A stretch of DNA of 64,000 bases from Azolla caroliniana. Its lineage: Eukaryota; Plantae; Polypodiophyta. Below the pieces are notes generated by a model. The model saw only the letters and a list, made by a program, of their open reading frames with translations. It was not told where the DNA came from and searched no databases. The stretch is from assembly GCA_043228905.1 (NCBI GenBank), contig JBHGNT010000016.1:18910001-18974000 (forward strand), in the 5' to 3' direction. Shown here piece after piece: positions 44,581 through 62,846 of the stretch; the first letter of the stretch is position 1, and each line of letters begins with the position of its first letter. Made by a program: the position numbers and the translations under genes.

Positions 44581-47500
44581 AGAATGTCTCTTTACATTTT
44601 GTGATAGGCGGCTCATAGGCCTTTAGTATCTAAGGCATTGGGGGTTTGCATAATTGGTGTATGGAATGCTTTAGTTTTTATGCTCAATATGGGGTTCAAA
44701 GACATATTTGATTATTACAATGCATATTGGTTTGGCAAATTTCCTTGTTGAAAACTTCAAGGAGGTTGTCATATGAGGAATTAGATATTTTTAATCTAAC
44801 AAGGCATCATGTCCATCATTTGCATTGGCCTTTATCACATGGAACTATATAGGTCCATAACAATGGATGTATCCACAGATGAGGAATTTCATGGAAAACT
44901 AATTGATTTTGTCATAAGTTAATAGAATATAGTATCCATCTATTGATTTCATTTTTGTAATTAATACATTACTATGAGAGAGAGAGAGAGAGAGAGAATG
45001 AACCACCTCTATGTCATGCAATTTTTGCAAAACAATTACAATCATAAATAGAATTTGAGTCTTTGTGCCGTGGTTAGCTCTTATATGTGTGACCTAAAGG
45101 TGCAAATGTTTATGGTTATGCAACAACCTCTCGAGGACAAAGCCATGAAGTGTTTCAATTCCCCACACTAATAAAAAATATGAATGGTGACTATCAATCA
45201 TACTAAACGAGTTGATGATTGATCGTGCAAACCCAATATTGGACAATATCTTACTTTGTGGGCCAAGTTCCAACTATTTTGAAAAGCAATAAGCGACAAC
45301 CCATAAACACACACAAGATCAGTCTACAAACATGTGATCCACTTGAGATGACATACAATATTTCAATATATGGTCCATGACCAATTTGATATATACACAT
45401 GGTTGAGAAACTCCAATGTGAAAAAAATATAAGATTAAAGGGATGTGAGGAGGCGATATTGAAGAAATAAAAATGGGGTCAATGATGGCCAGCCTAGCAT
45501 TTTGGATAGTAGAGGTGTTAATTATCTAGATATAGAGGGACAATGGGTGGACAAATCCTATTCAATGCATAGGTAGCAAACAAATAGTAGCATGATGTAT
45601 TCACGAAGAAATCTATATAAGAGATGATTGTGATTGGAGTGACTAGGAAGAGAAAGAAGAACAATTGGTTAACAAACAAGGTAAATATTTGTGAAGTAGG
45701 CATCCTTATATATTATTATACATTGACGATGTCAATTCACCTTCATAAGCTCACCGTTGCAATCTTGAGGGAAAAAATGTTTTCATATGAAGACACCCAA
45801 TCAAGTCGAAAGGCAATAGTACATTCACTTGGTGGCTTGAAAGAAGAGAGGATGCATCTTGATGAAGATGATGCCTATGCAAACATTGATGAGTAAGTTG
45901 ATAGGGATACAAATTCAATTAGTGATAGTGTGGTGTGTTGGTTGCCCCAATAACACTCTATACTGCAACTAATGTTGGCAACGAAAAATTGCTTTCATCA
46001 AATAGAAATGGCATATAAGCTCTTTGACTAATGGTGTGTCAATGATGGACTTGAGGAAAATTTTCATTTGCATGGTCTATTTGATATATGTATGATAGCG
46101 GTAAAATTTTGGTTCAATTGTATACATCAATTATTCTTGCCCATGAGTGGTATTTCCGAAAAGTCTTTACGTATGAGCAAGGCTAAACATGCAACACTTT
46201 GTGGAGTTAAGAGAATATTCCAAAGATTTCCTTTCCCATGTATTCTTACCCATTTAGGATACAAAAATGTTAAAGATTTTGCTATGACCATTCTTGATAC
46301 CTCTATAATTGATGACGTCAAATAGAATCTTTAACAATGCAAAGCAAAAGGCAACCCGATTTGTACGTAAATGCACATGATAGTGTCAACATGTTACATG
46401 GTAGATGATGATTGATGCTTTGTAATGTAAACAAAGATTTGAATGGAGAAGATTTGTTGAGGTTTAGTTCAGGTAGTTGAATAATGTTAGCTAAAAAATC
46501 GACAATTATATTTCCAAAAGTCCAACATTCCTCGTAGTATGCAAAATAACATGAGGAAAGTTGTCGAGTAAATGAAGGGTCTATTTTAAAGAGAAAAAAA
46601 CCCACAACGCTTTTTACGCATGGAAAACTATGATTCACAAACAAAAAAACTAAAGTCCCAACAAGTAACTTGACACTTATTTCATCCACAAACTTGGATG
46701 CACGCAATAGATGTGGACATTCAGAAGGAACCTTTTCAAATTTGTGAGATTTTTGTCGTTGCCACATGATTGGTCCACAATTCATTACAAGAGTTGGGTG
46801 GGTGTTAATTGTTGTAGCACACTCCTCTTGCAACAATATTGTTGTGGGTCATGAATCATAAGGCACAACAAAGCCTGGGTTTGTTTTTATTGTTAGCTTT
46901 AAGTTGATCCGGTTCCTCCGTGTGTGACACAATGCAAGTCATGGATTGATCTAAACATATATGTTGTTGTACATTGGGGGAAAATATTCTTTCAAAGAAG
47001 ATTCCGATCATCCCACAATAAGGAAACCACAGGCAAGCACTCCCGAAAGTGGTTGTGAGAGTGTGAACTCAGCCTTGAAGGGAGAATGTGTCTCCAAAAA
47101 AAGTGTCGGCCCAACCCGAGGTGTTAGTGTGGGTGCCGAAGCCACCCGCCAACATTCTCTCTTTCTCTCTCTCAGATGATCAAATTAATAGGATTAATGA
47201 GATAAGCTCTTCAAGAGCATGAATGTGAGCAAGCCTAGCAATAGAAACCTTGATCTTACTTAATTCTTTTGAGAACGTGATGAAAGGAGCAATGTACTAA
47301 AAAGGTAGGGTACATAGTATATAATGTGTGTGGGATTTGATAGAAGTGGTTTGGGGTTTTACTATAAAGACCAATGTGAGTTTATAAGGTGTGTGGATTT
47401 GATAGGAGTGGTTTGGGGTTTTAATCTTGAGATCCAATGTGCTAAGCCCATTGTGATAATCAAACTTGGTTTTGCTTGATTTCATGTTGTTTAATGCTAC

Positions 47501-49456
47501 AAAACCCTAATATACAAAGCAAACCAACTAGGCACTCCCAAGAGAGAGATATAGGGAGGGATTCTATGTCGGTCAAGCCATTGTTGGGATGGTTTGTGTC
47601 AATGGTTTGGAGACCATGAGGTCACGAGTTCCTAGATACACCAATGTGGTGAGTGTGGTCTAGGAGAAGTGATGTACCGAAGAAGGGGTTCTCTAATTTC
47701 AAAGGATATGGAAAGCGGCATTATGTAATGGGAGGCTAGTGACTAATTATAAAAAACACAAGACTCTCTACTAAGTTGTAATGTAACACAACCTCTAACA
47801 CTTGCGTGGTGCTAGAAGCTAAAAAAGGAGGAATGGTATAAGGTTTGAATGGAAGCTCAATAAACAACACAATAACTCTAAGTGCAATATAAGAACATGT
47901 GTGAAAGTAAGGATTGGACACATGACCTTGTGTTGATAGCTTATTAGTTCACCACCAAAGTAAGCCAATTATGAAAATGAAAAACGGAAGAGCTTGATAA
48001 TTCAGACATATGGAGTGACTCAATCCATGGACATGTCACACCTCAAACTTTAAGCCCATACATAACATTGAGGTTGCGAAGCCCCACTATTATACAACAT
48101 CATGTTTTACATAGGAAAATGAAGCACTTTGATTAATGCCAACTTCACTAGCTACATACGATTATGTTTTACACCTAATTCATGGGGAGATGCCAAAAGT
48201 CTCGTATAGAGGGAAGTGAGGCTAAAGTGTTATGATTTGTCAAAACTCTTCCTTCATCTTGTTTCGGTGCAACAATCATGTTTGCTACACTTCATAATTT
48301 CATCTCTCTCGTTTTGTGAATGGGTATTTATAATGAACACATCAAACTCATCAATTACAACTTGAATCCACAACCTTTGTGTTGCAAACTACCAAATTTA
48401 CCACTATATGATCTTGTTTATATATCTTGAATTTTTCCTTTAAAAGTTTCAATGTTGTACACTAGATGACTATATAAATGATCATTTGTGGGGCATCAAA
48501 CGCCTCCTATAGAATGTATAAAGGTCAATATTTCACATTGTGCGCTAACCCTTCATGTCTTCTTGTTACTCTCTGTCGTATAAGTGTTGACCTATAACTA
48601 TGTAAATTTCTTTTTTTCAATTCAAACTAATATTCACCAATCACGTGAACAAAGGCAGCCTAAACTAAAGCTGGAGTTGCAAGTTTATACTATACAAAAT
48701 TTTAATCTGGGCTAAAAGGTGATATTCATTTCTAATATCCAAACCATTACTTGTCAAACTCTAATCATGGAATATTTGCATATTAGCGAAAAGATATGTC
48801 ACTCTAAGTTATGGGATCATACCAAATAAGGAAATAATAATGGAGCATTGGCATTTTAAAACAATGTTGTTTTCCGGAATACACATCCTGCTAAGATCCT
48901 ACCATGGTTAGAAATACCCAAAAACATCTAAGAAGAATGTGACCTAAATGAAAACACACCTCTTGGGTTTATGATGCAATACCATAACATTAACATGCAA
49001 GGGTAGAATGACCTATGTAACACATACATAGCCACGTAAACAAACCTTGTAGCCATCAAACTAGAGAGTCATTAGTAAATAAAACACAACATATAATGTT
49101 GATATGTGTCTAGAGGAGACCTTGGACATAAGGATATGTGATTAGACAAATCAATAATGATATAGGAATGTGAAACAACTAATTATATATCTATTCGTGG
49201 CTCCTACACACTATCGCAAAAAAGGGCATAGGATGTATCTCACTCATTTATAGGGAACAATAATTGTATGGGGTTAAACCATTTTACACAAACAAGATAA
49301 ACCTCTAACGTAGTGCATATAACATGGAGACATATATAGGCAGGTAGGTAGTCACAGGGGAGACAAGAAACAAAACGATGACACATTTTTATTTGTTCGT
49401 GGCTCTAACCGCAAGAGGAATACAATTAACATGGATTCATACGTGGGGAATTGCTT

Positions 49457-49900
49457 AACCCTAAAACCTAAACCTCTAAACCCTTAAACCCCTAAACGTC
49501 TAAATCCGTAAACCCTCTAAACCCTCTAAGCCCCTACCTACTAAACCCCTAAATCCTTGAACCTCTAAACCTCGAAATCCCTAAACTTCTAAACCCCTAA
49601 ACCCCTAAACTTCTAAAGCCCTAAACCCTTAAACCCCCAAACCCCTAGATCTCTAAACCCCTAAATCCCTAAACCCCTAAACCTCTAAATCCCTAAACCC
49701 TAAACCTCTAAAGCCCTAAACCCTTAAATCCCCAAACCCCTAAACCCCTAAACTTCCAAACCTCTAGACCTCTAAACCCTCTAGACCTCTAAACTTCTAA
49801 GCCCCTAAACCTCTATATCCCTAAATCCCTGAGCCTTTGAACCTCTAAATCCCTAACCCCTAAACCTCTAAAACTCTAAGTCCCTAAACCCTAAACCCTA
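49457..49900 (+). repeat. Degenerate interstitial telomere-like array (7-8-nt units: CCCTAAA, CCCCTAAA, CCTCTAAA)
   Basis: About 440 bp of continuous CCCTAAA-derived units. Confidence 0.9.
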
Positions 49901-50156
49901 GAAAGTTGTGCAATGTTTCAAGGCGAAACCCTAGGGCTCGTAGTTGTGAGCATGTGTGCGAATTGTTGGGGGGATTCGTGGCTCCCCCCCTCCCCTCACA
50001 AACTGAAGGAGAGCCAAGAGGGAAAGAAAGAAAAGATATGTATATTAAAAAGTCATCTTCTTAAGGACCAAAAACAGAGATAAATTTATGTTATGTGTGC
50101 AAATTATTTAAGCACTCATCAATTCAGTATGTACTCTTTTGCTGCTTGCAGGTACC

Positions 50157-50172
50157 TACATACATATGTACA

Positions 50173-50203
<31 letters not shown>

Positions 50204-50290
50204 GTACATACATACATATGTACATACATACATACATACATACACACAGAGAGACACAGAGACAGAGACAGAGAAAGACAGAGAGAGAAG
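50157..50290. repeat. (TACA)n microsatellite followed by an AG-rich tract
   Basis: Direct reading. Confidence 0.9.
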
Positions 50291-50894
50291 GCTTCCTCCA
50301 CCTGAGGAGGTGGAGGTGGAGGTGGAGGAGGAGAATAAAGAAACAAAAGGAAGCACACGAAACAGATCAGACATCTGCAGAGAGAGAAGAGTTAGAGATG
50401 GGTTTGGCAGAAAGAGCATGAGATCAGTCACTATCAGGAAACAGGGGCAACAGCATGTACAATATAGGAAGGAGAGAGAGAAGGAGAGAGAGAGAGAGGG
50501 GCATAGGGAGGGGAATGTCATGTATACACATGCATATTCCCATCCCAGTACCTGTCCCTGTCACTCTCCTCTCCCCCCGCGGGATGTGCGGGGATGATGT
50601 GTGTGTAGGTGAGCGCTCGATGTGCTCATGCTTCGCGCATTTCTTCCCCAATCCCATTTTTTTGGTAAATTTAAGCCTTTACAAAGGCATTGCTGCCCTC
50701 GTATTCCTTTCCGAAGGTCTTTGGGGCTCATCCTTTTCTCATGAAAGACTCCCCGCCCTCGCCCTCACCCTCCACCTTCACATTGAGAGGTATGTGTGTT
50801 TTATTTCCTATGCCCTTCTTCCAATTTTGTTGTATATTCTTCTTTTCTTTTCTTTTCTTTTTGTTTTTCTATCTCCAACCAACAAAACAAAGTT

Positions 50895-51680
50895 TAATTA
50901 CAACAAAAACAAACACTACAGATTATGTATGTATGTATGCTATGTATTTATGTTTCCTTTGTCTTTCCATGTTGTTTATATGTAGCTAATTGCATTAAAG
51001 TCACTCTAGACATTATGTAATGTATGTGTATATGCATGGTGTGAGAGATTGGGCACTACACATATGTATACTTGTCATGTCTCTCCATATTATGTATCCG
51101 TTTTTCTTAAGAAACAGACAGAGTCTATGCCCTATGCATGTATATTTCCTATGTCTATCTATGTGTCTTTTGTTTATGTTGCCAATTATATAACACAAAA
51201 AACTGTTTACATCATGTATGTATGCATATTTCCTAGGACTATCTGCGAACGTATGATCAGCTAGTTACAACAAACAAACTCTGTACATTGTGTATGTATA
51301 TCCATTTCCTATGTCTTTCCATGTGTGTATATGCTGGTAATTACAACAAACAAACAAAAAAAAGAGTCTCCCTACACATCATTGTTATGTATGTTGCCCA
51401 TGCATTATGTATTTGTGCTATTTCGTATGTCTTTCCATATTGAAGTATATGTTTCTAAATACAACAAACAAACTCTAAACATTATGTAAATTATATTTCC
51501 GAATACCTATGTTGTTCCATGTGTGTATTATGTGGCTATTTAGAACTCATAAACGAGCTCTCACTATACATTATGTATGCATGTTTACTTACCTCTGAGA
51601 GAAATATATTAGTGTGGAAGTGGTGCACTTTTCTTATGTTGCCTTGTGTATATATGCTGCTAATTATGACAAACAAATTT
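50895..51680. repeat. Degenerate tandem repeat (about 75-110-bp unit) upstream of the GT31 start codon
   Basis: Recurring taattacaacaaacaaac...acattatgtatg...tttcctatgtctttccatgtgt. Confidence 0.65.
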
Positions 51681-52114
51681 TGATGTGCACTTATTTCTGA
51701 GGGAAATATTTTAGTATGTTATGAACCCCAAAAGGGTTCATGGGGTTCATGATATGATCATGAGAGAGAGAGAGAGCTGATTGATATGTCTCTGCTAGCA
51801 CTACTATATGCAATTTCAATGAGAGACTATATCCATGAGATATGTGCTTTTGGTACCTGACAACTCACATGCCTTTATCATGATTGTTCAGACCTCTTGT
51901 TTTGCTTGCTAATGAGGTTTTCAAGTCACCACAAAATTTAATCAATTTTGAAACCATAGCTTCACAAATATTAGTATCCACCAAACGTGAATGTTCTTTT
52001 GCCTTCTTCACCACCATCATCGGCATCATCAAAATCACATCACATCAACTGACATGATGGCATCTAGGTTGAGCTCCTATTCACGTTCTTTGTTCACTAG
52101 CTATAGTGCTATAA

Positions 52115-55435
<3,321 letters not shown>

Positions 55436-56561
55436 GCTTTCTATCTCGTTCATTTTTCCAGTGTGGTCGGTCATAACACCACAGCAATTCAAGACACACA
55501 CACTACTTAGTCTAGTATTAAAGAAAAATACCTGCAAATTGATAGCCTGTTTTTGACAAGAAGGCTTTTAACATCTATTCAGGAGACTTCATCTTTTCCA
55601 AGCTCCCATGGTGGAAGCATTGTACAAATTCCCGTGTTTGCAATAAAACATCCATTACCCTTTTTTTCTGACTCCATTGTTCAAAGGAATTTCCAATATA
55701 TTGGCAATAAACCCTTCTCATTCATTATCTTTCTCAAAATTCCATTGTTACAGCTTTTATTTGTAGACACGTAAATATATGTAAAGCAATGTCGCACTGA
55801 TGCTTTGATAAAACCATAGATCTCATGTTTAATAAATATGTTGAATTATAACACATAAGAATCAGTGTGGTGATTATTTTACATGTGTTGATCATCAGAA
55901 TCATCGCCACGGTTATTTTTTTAAGTATAAATAATATGCACATAAAGATCAGGAAGAGCAATTTATCTGAATTGGCCAAGGCAAACACAGGTAGTAATTC
56001 CTCAATTTCTCTGAATTGGCCAGGGCAAACACAGGTAGTAATTCCGCTAATGTATCATATCAATGCCAAATTGTATACAAAGAATGGGAATTTGGCATTA
56101 TTAATAAAAAGAATGGGAATTCATTTCTGGCCCATCCATTCCATATTGTGTGTATATTCCACAGATAGATCAACAGATGGAGGCTGACTGAATACATGGA
56201 AAATGGTATACAACAGAAGAATCAAATACCCCTTGATAGAGATCACTGCTAGATGATATATGCTGGAATAGATTGATGCCAAACAGAGCAATGGCTATGA
56301 TCAAAGGATATGAAATGGATGGGATGGTATACAAGAAGAGCAGCAATTCTGAATTCCTCAGATCAACAATACTCAGGGGGGGAACATTCATGTGAAAGAA
56401 TGGGAAGAAGACTAGGGATCATTAAGAGCTCAATGATTAGACTAGACTGTCTGGTTATGGTTAATTTACACGATCGAGCAAGAATATATGCATCTCTGCA
56501 CTTCTGTTCTGAGCCGCACACAGGTTTTTGATTGATTTTAGAGCATTCATTATTGGTAATG

Positions 56562-57323
56562 CTACTGCGCCTTTCTGCGAGTAGGAACTGGGGGGACATT
56601 GAGGGCTTTGATCTCACCGAAATTGCGACGCTCCCAGATTGGGCTTGTCTGTTGAGAAAGGGATGGCTCCAAAGAAGAAGAAGATGAAGCTGAAGAAGAA
56701 GCAGAAGCAGAAGCAGAAGATGTAGTAGGGTTAGCAGTAGATGGAGGGGTCGATTTGGATGCATTTTTAGCTGAATCTTGATATGTTGTGTTTCCATTAA
56801 TAGGCTGCTCTTGTTGCGTTAATCTGTTCGTCTTCTTTCCATCGCTGACATTAGGTAAATCTTCTTTCTTCTTCTTCTTCATCTCTTTCTCCTTCCCTTT
56901 CCTTAATCCGCCTCTGATCAGTCTGTTCAACAATCGCTTCCATCTGGGCAACTTCTGAATGCTTTCCCCAACAATCTCCGCTGATGATGATGATGGTGGT
57001 GGTGGTAGTGGTGGTGATGCAGGCTTCTTGTTAGGGTAGTGCAAATCTGTAGTGTGTGGATCAGAGTTACCATGGCGGTGAGCAGGGCTGAGCTTTCCAA
57101 GGTTCTCATGGCTGTCAATGGCAGATCCCTGCGGAGGGTCTGAGGCATGGGAGAGATCTCTGCCAATCAGAGAAACGATGGATCCTTTAGCTCCGATCTC
57201 AATGGAGCTCGACACAGAGGATGATCGCTTCAAAGGAGGGGAGACAACAGAGGAAGATGGCCGTCTCAGTCCGTGAGAAGCTTCCACTCGGACAGACACA
57301 GATCTGCGAGAGAAGTAAGACAT
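56562..57323 (-). CDS. Intronless Ser-rich, probably disordered protein of unknown function (about 253 aa)
   Basis: Long ORF from ATG 57323, in-frame trinucleotide repeats, CT-rich leader; motif IEIGAKGSIVSLI and a basic RKGKEKEMKKKKK patch. Confidence 0.65.
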   Translation of the reverse strand: MSYFSRRSVSVRVEASHGLRRPSSSVVSPPLKRSSSVSSSIEIGAKGSIVSLIGRDLSHASDPPQGSAIDSHENLGKLSPAHRHGNSDPHTTDLHYPNKKPASPPLPPPPSSSSAEIVGESIQKLPRWKRLLNRLIRGGLRKGKEKEMKKKKKEDLPNVSDGKKTNRLTQQEQPINGNTTYQDSAKNASKSTPPSTANPTTSSASASASSSASSSSSLEPSLSQQTSPIWERRNFGEIKALNVPPVPTRRKAQ

Positions 57324-57452
57324 AGCTGCGATTGAGCAAAGCAAGGCGGAGTGAGAGAGATGCAGAGGCAAAAGGTTTTCTAAAACAAAATCTCTGATTT
57401 TTATTTTGGGATTTTTGGAAGCAAAGCGAGGAAGGTCAGAGACACAGGAAAA

Positions 57453-57691
57453 GAGGGGAGCTTCTTCTTCTGAGAAATTTCTGATGAGATTGTGGGGAGA
57501 TTCTTCTTCTGAGAATTTATCTTCTTTAATAGCACAGATTTAGATACAGAAGAAGAAGAAGCAGAGAAAGGGGAGCTTCTTCTGAGAAATTTTCTGATGA
57601 GATTGGGGAGCTTCTTCTGAGATTTATCTTCTTTAATAAAACACAGATTTAGATACAGAAGAAGAAGAAGAAGAAGAAGCAGAGAAAGGGG
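57453..57691. repeat. About 115-bp tandem duplication upstream of the minus-strand ORF
   Basis: ggggagcttcttc...tgagaaattt.ctgatgagatt...cacagatttagatacagaagaagaag occurs twice. Confidence 0.85.
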
Positions 57692-57857
57692 AAAGAAAGG
57701 ACACACTGGCTCTTCTTTGACTTCCACCGTCTTCAACTTTCTTTCTCTGACTCAGAATCAATCTCTTTTTTGACTGTGTCATCATCATCATCATCATCAT
57801 CACCATCACCATCATTATCATCTACCTCCTTGTCATCATCATCATCATCATCTTCTG

Positions 57858-58199
57858 AAAACCCTAAACCCTAAAACTTAAAACCTAAACCTTAAACCCT
57901 AAAACTTAAAACCTAAACCTTAAACCTTAAACCCTAAAACTTAAAACCTAAAACCTAAACCCTAAAACTTAAAACCTAAATCCTAAACCCTAAACCTTAA
58001 AACCCTAGAACTTAAAACCTAAAACCTAAACCATAAACCTTAAACCCTAAAACTTAAAACCTTAAACCTTAAACCCTAAAACTTAAAACCTAAATCCTAA
58101 ACCCTAAAACTTGAAATCTAAAACCTAACCCCTACCCAAACCTTGAACTCTAACCCTCTGGGCCCCCCTCTAAAATTTCAACCTTAAACCCTAAACCCT
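57858..58199 (+). repeat. Degenerate interstitial telomere-like array (AAACCCT, AAAACCT, AAAACTT, AAACCTT)
   Basis: About 340 bp of mostly 7-nt units, adjacent to an (ATC)n tract. Confidence 0.9.
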
Positions 58200-61100
58200 T
58201 TCCTCGCATCCAGATATCATTTTCGTCGCTCTACAATGTTCTACAATGTTTTTTGCCGTGTTCCCTAGAATGTTCCAGAATGTTGCATATCCTAGAATGT
58301 TCTAGAATGTTCTAGAATTGTCTTGCGTGTTCTAGAAGGTTTCTTGTGTGTTCTAGAGTGTTCCTATGGTCCTTATTCCCTCTTTCCGAACAGTCTGTTG
58401 TACAATATGGTGCTTTCTTTGGCTATGGTCTCATGCAATAACGACCTCGCGTGTTTGTGTCTCCTAGCATACATACGTGCAACAGTATCTTACTAACCTA
58501 GTAAACTCATGTGAGTCTGTTGTAATTCCACCTGAATACATATATATAGAGCATGCTGACGGATTGGTGGGTCTCTTTTACATTCTGCAAAAGTAAGTGC
58601 ATATTTAGAAACAACACATCTATACAAAATACATTTGTTGTTTGCCGTTTGCTTGCCACTAGTAACGAGGGGACAAATAACACCAAGAGATCAAAGGTGA
58701 GGAGAATTATCACGTTGCGATGTGAAGCATTCACGACATCCAATTGATTCTTGATTCCCACATGTTTTCCTTCTGCCCACTTCTTACAGACCTTATATGT
58801 GCTCTCTCTCTCGGCTCCCGCAAACCTCCCACGAGTTATCCTTTTGCCCACAATGTACACTCTCGGATTGCAACATTCATCGGCAAAGTTCTTGATCATC
58901 GAGAGTCCCTGCTCACTTTCACATGTATCACGTGAAATGTAATATTTTTGGTCTCATAGGTCATATTTGACGTTCCGAAGACAATAATAGAACCTATCTA
59001 TCTATCTATCTATCTCTTTCAGCATGAGAAAGACCCTAAGGAAAATGCATGAGCCACATGTGGTTGCGACCAAACGTAACCTCCTTCGCTCATGAGAGTG
59101 ATGCTTACATGGGCTTGCTCAAATGGAGCTATATATTTTCTCCTTGTCGTTGCCTCCTATTATGCTTATAAGTATTACATAGTTACTTAAAAAATAGTTA
59201 TGCTTAAATCCTCTGACCATATTAGAGTTGTGATTGTTTTTGTAGTGAAACTAATGCTCTCAGTATACAATTTCAATGAGTTCAGAAGATATCCTTACTC
59301 CACAGATGTGTACGGTCACTTATGATGTAATTGCATAAAAAGCAACTTTACAATTTCTATAGTTGGTATTTACAATTTATATTGTAGTAGTATCAACATA
59401 TTGATAGTTCGTTTACACAGAGAGATCCACATTCATTCTAGGTTACTATATCTCTTGAACTTTAATATTGTATTTTGTCAAGAGAGAGATCCACCTTTAG
59501 ATCATAGATTTAATATGTCAAGAATCCACCTACCATGATACATTTCTCAAAAGGTTTCTCATTCTTTTCTTTTTTCATTTCTTGTGTTTGGACTTGTGTG
59601 CTTATCTCTTACGATTCCGTGTTATATTGACTATTACTACTTGCATTTATATTGACTATTACTACTTGCATTGACTGTTATGTTCACCCACAATTTGGAT
59701 TTGAGTTTTTTAAGAGTGCTTTTTTTAAATGCTAGCCATCACTACCAATATGACATCCTTGAATAGAGCATCACGCAATTATCTTGGTGAGCACGCATTT
59801 TTATTTATTCAACGAATTCGGTGTTTCATTCAGGAGTATGCATTGCATGGCAATATTCAAGACAAACATTTTCTAAACTAAAATAATGCAAGGCAAAGAA
59901 GCGTATATTAAACAAGTGAATCGCCCGACTTCATATTAAATTTCGATTGCACAAAGAAAATCTCGTGTTCCTTGCAAAGAATTGTGTTGAAATATATCAA
60001 CTAGAGAAATGGAGATCATAAAGGATGTAAGGATCTTGAATAATGTAGAGATCAATTAGTCATTCCTTGCTTGATGGATATCTATGTTGATGCCCCAATT
60101 TGTATTTTAGAATAGTTGTAAAGTATAGATATACAAAATTATATTGTTATTTCTCTCATACTCGACGTGATGGTGTGAGAGGCTTACTATAATAACTTTG
60201 GGTGTCCAATGTGTGCACTTATCCACTTTCTCTTGCCTCCCATATGAACAACCAAGCAAAACAAAAAGGATGTTTCATCCATCCAAGCGATTTTCTCTCA
60301 ACACAATAGAATAAAATGTCGTCGTGATGTGAGGAGCGCACATGAGGAAATGGGTTAAACTAAATATATATAAGATATTGATTGGTAGGGAAGATGTATG
60401 AAAGAAGGTCATGGGATAAGATGAATTCCGAGACAACAGTGTTCCATCGCTTAATGTGAACGATTCTCTTTAGATCAAGAGACTTTTGGATTGAACAAAC
60501 ATGCTTTTCTATATATCCTCCATTGTTATCTTATCCATTGTGGATTCATGTGAAGGACGCATATACAAGATGTAGTTGGATAAACGTACATTAGATGTCC
60601 ACATATTCCTAAAAAAAATAAGAGGTATCATATGATTTTTTAATACGTATGTGCATTACACGAGAATTTGACACTAACCTTGTTTGACCAGTTGTTCATA
60701 TTTGGAAAAGCTCTCATATGGGCCCATGAAAAATGTTCTTCTTTAAAATTTGTTTATGATTTTGAGATGTTTGTACCTACTAATAACTAGAAATTGTATG
60801 ATCATTCAGTTAAGCTCACCAAGAAAAATTAGGTAAGTTCGAAAAGCTCATCAAATCTACACCATCTTTATGGAAAGTGCGATTTTGCTTTATGTCCTTT
60901 TTATTCACATGATATTAACTTCTATTGGCACTACATATAGTATACAACTCCATTATTATTTATGTCCGAATTTATTTACGTATATTCATTTTTTCTTGAG
61001 CTACCATATTCTTCTTTGCGTTTCAACAATGCCTTATCAAAATTTCTTACAATGGGCCTAAAAACTTCATCCTTATTTGACCTAAGTATATAATTCCTAA

Positions 61101-62846
61101 TCCCTCTCACATATTCTATTCAATCTTCTCTATCTAATGTTCATATGAGGCAATCGATATGGACACTAGATATGTGTAAAGAAGAAGAAATTAAAGATAC
61201 AAGAGAAGGTATAATAATAGGTATACACAAACACCCCAAGAAATTCTGAGAAACTTTGATGGCTAAACCATGTGCATATAGATGTGTGATAAACGATTGA
61301 TGGAGCAAAGTACATCATAATTCAGGAGTGTATTTCATCAGATAAAAAAACCTCTTACTTCATAGTTGGGATGCATGAGTAGATCTATTTCTTCCTCAAA
61401 GAACCACTTTGATCGGAAAATTATATAATAGTGGGACACTTTCAATTCGTGACAGTTCAATGAAGGAAAGAATATGTGATCGTGGATATTCGCTCTATGA
61501 TAAGTCTTGCTACGAACAAAAAATGAAGATGTCGGTAATTACTCAAATGTTATTGCTATAGAAAATAGTTTTAAATAGTAACAGTTTATAATTAATCTCG
61601 TGCTTGCAAGTTGGTATCCAATGCTCACTACAAGGTCTTTATGAGCTCATCCCCACACATCTTTCGTTATATTGTGGACCTTGTTCTCCACTGCACTTAA
61701 CATGCATTCTTCCACTACATCCATGAGTCGATGTATGCAGATAATAAGTCATTGGAAATAGTCAAATGTTGATTAAGATGTCAAAAGCATGTAGGGTTGG
61801 CATTCAAGAAAGTTATTTTCTTGATGAGTTCATTAAAACATAGGTACAATAAAGGAAAAGAAAACTCCACGTCAGTGAAGGCCTTGTTTTTCGTTTGTTT
61901 CCTTTCACAAACTATTAGATCTCTTTTCATGTTACCCCACACAAAGCCACAATGACCTCATCTTAATTGCTCATGTTGGCATCCTTTGAAATGTGTTGTT
62001 TTTATTTGCAACATTACCCTTGCAAATATTAAGAGAAAAGAAGAAATTTTACGTTATAAATGTCAAGAAAAGAAACATGCTACTAGATGGGGATGCACAA
62101 GTGGAATAATAATTGGCATAAAAAACCAAAGATGTACGCACAGGTACTTTATTTTTAATCTCATGCATTTTGTACCTATATGATGTTCACTTAACACAAA
62201 GATAGATTGTTCTCTACTTCCATAAATTATATGCATGTTTTTGGTTTTTAGTTTTTTTTTGTTTAGTGTGGAACATCTGTTAGGGTTTTTATTTCATTCT
62301 TATAATAAAAAGACATAAATGGATAAAATATAGCAAATCTTGTTGTCATGGGGTTTTTGTAGAAAATTAGGAAACTTTTGTGGTGTTTGTTCGCCAACTA
62401 GAATAAAGCAAGGATGATACTAAAACGAATAGGACCTGAGAGCAACAACTCTAAGGGACTCTCCATTTGAGATAACGATATATATTTGACAAAGGAGCCC
62501 AAATAAACATCATGATAAAAGATGGCAATAATATGTCCATCTTGTACATGTATCATCAAGTTAGCAAATAAGAATGCACCAATGAAATACATATGTGGTA
62601 TACAATCCCCCTCAATTACATTTGTTGCGGTTACTAGATGTATGTCGACTATCCAAATGATTCATACGTTGTGAGGGTGCATGACCCATCTTTCTTGGGT
62701 GAACGTGTCTTCTTAGTGTTGCGGTTGTGTACAACGATGACATATGATCCTAGAGCAAACATAGATGTGGTATATAAATTAGGGACAATAAAGAAATATA
62801 GAGCATTGGTAAATTGAAGAGTAAAACTTTGGGTTATCAAGCATGC

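Noticed and set aside
40349-49400. Short ORFs such as 46318-46836 as genes
   Set aside because: No motifs or exon structure; probably ancient TE debris that cannot be assigned by eye, apart from the 43940-44580 fragment
50093-50985. Overlapping ORFs of 70-176 aa
   Set aside because: Products of TACA, GA and GGA microsatellites
58230-62800. Possible LTR or LINE remnants (ttctagaatg repeats at 58260-58360)
   Set aside because: Too degenerate to define ends or protein motifs
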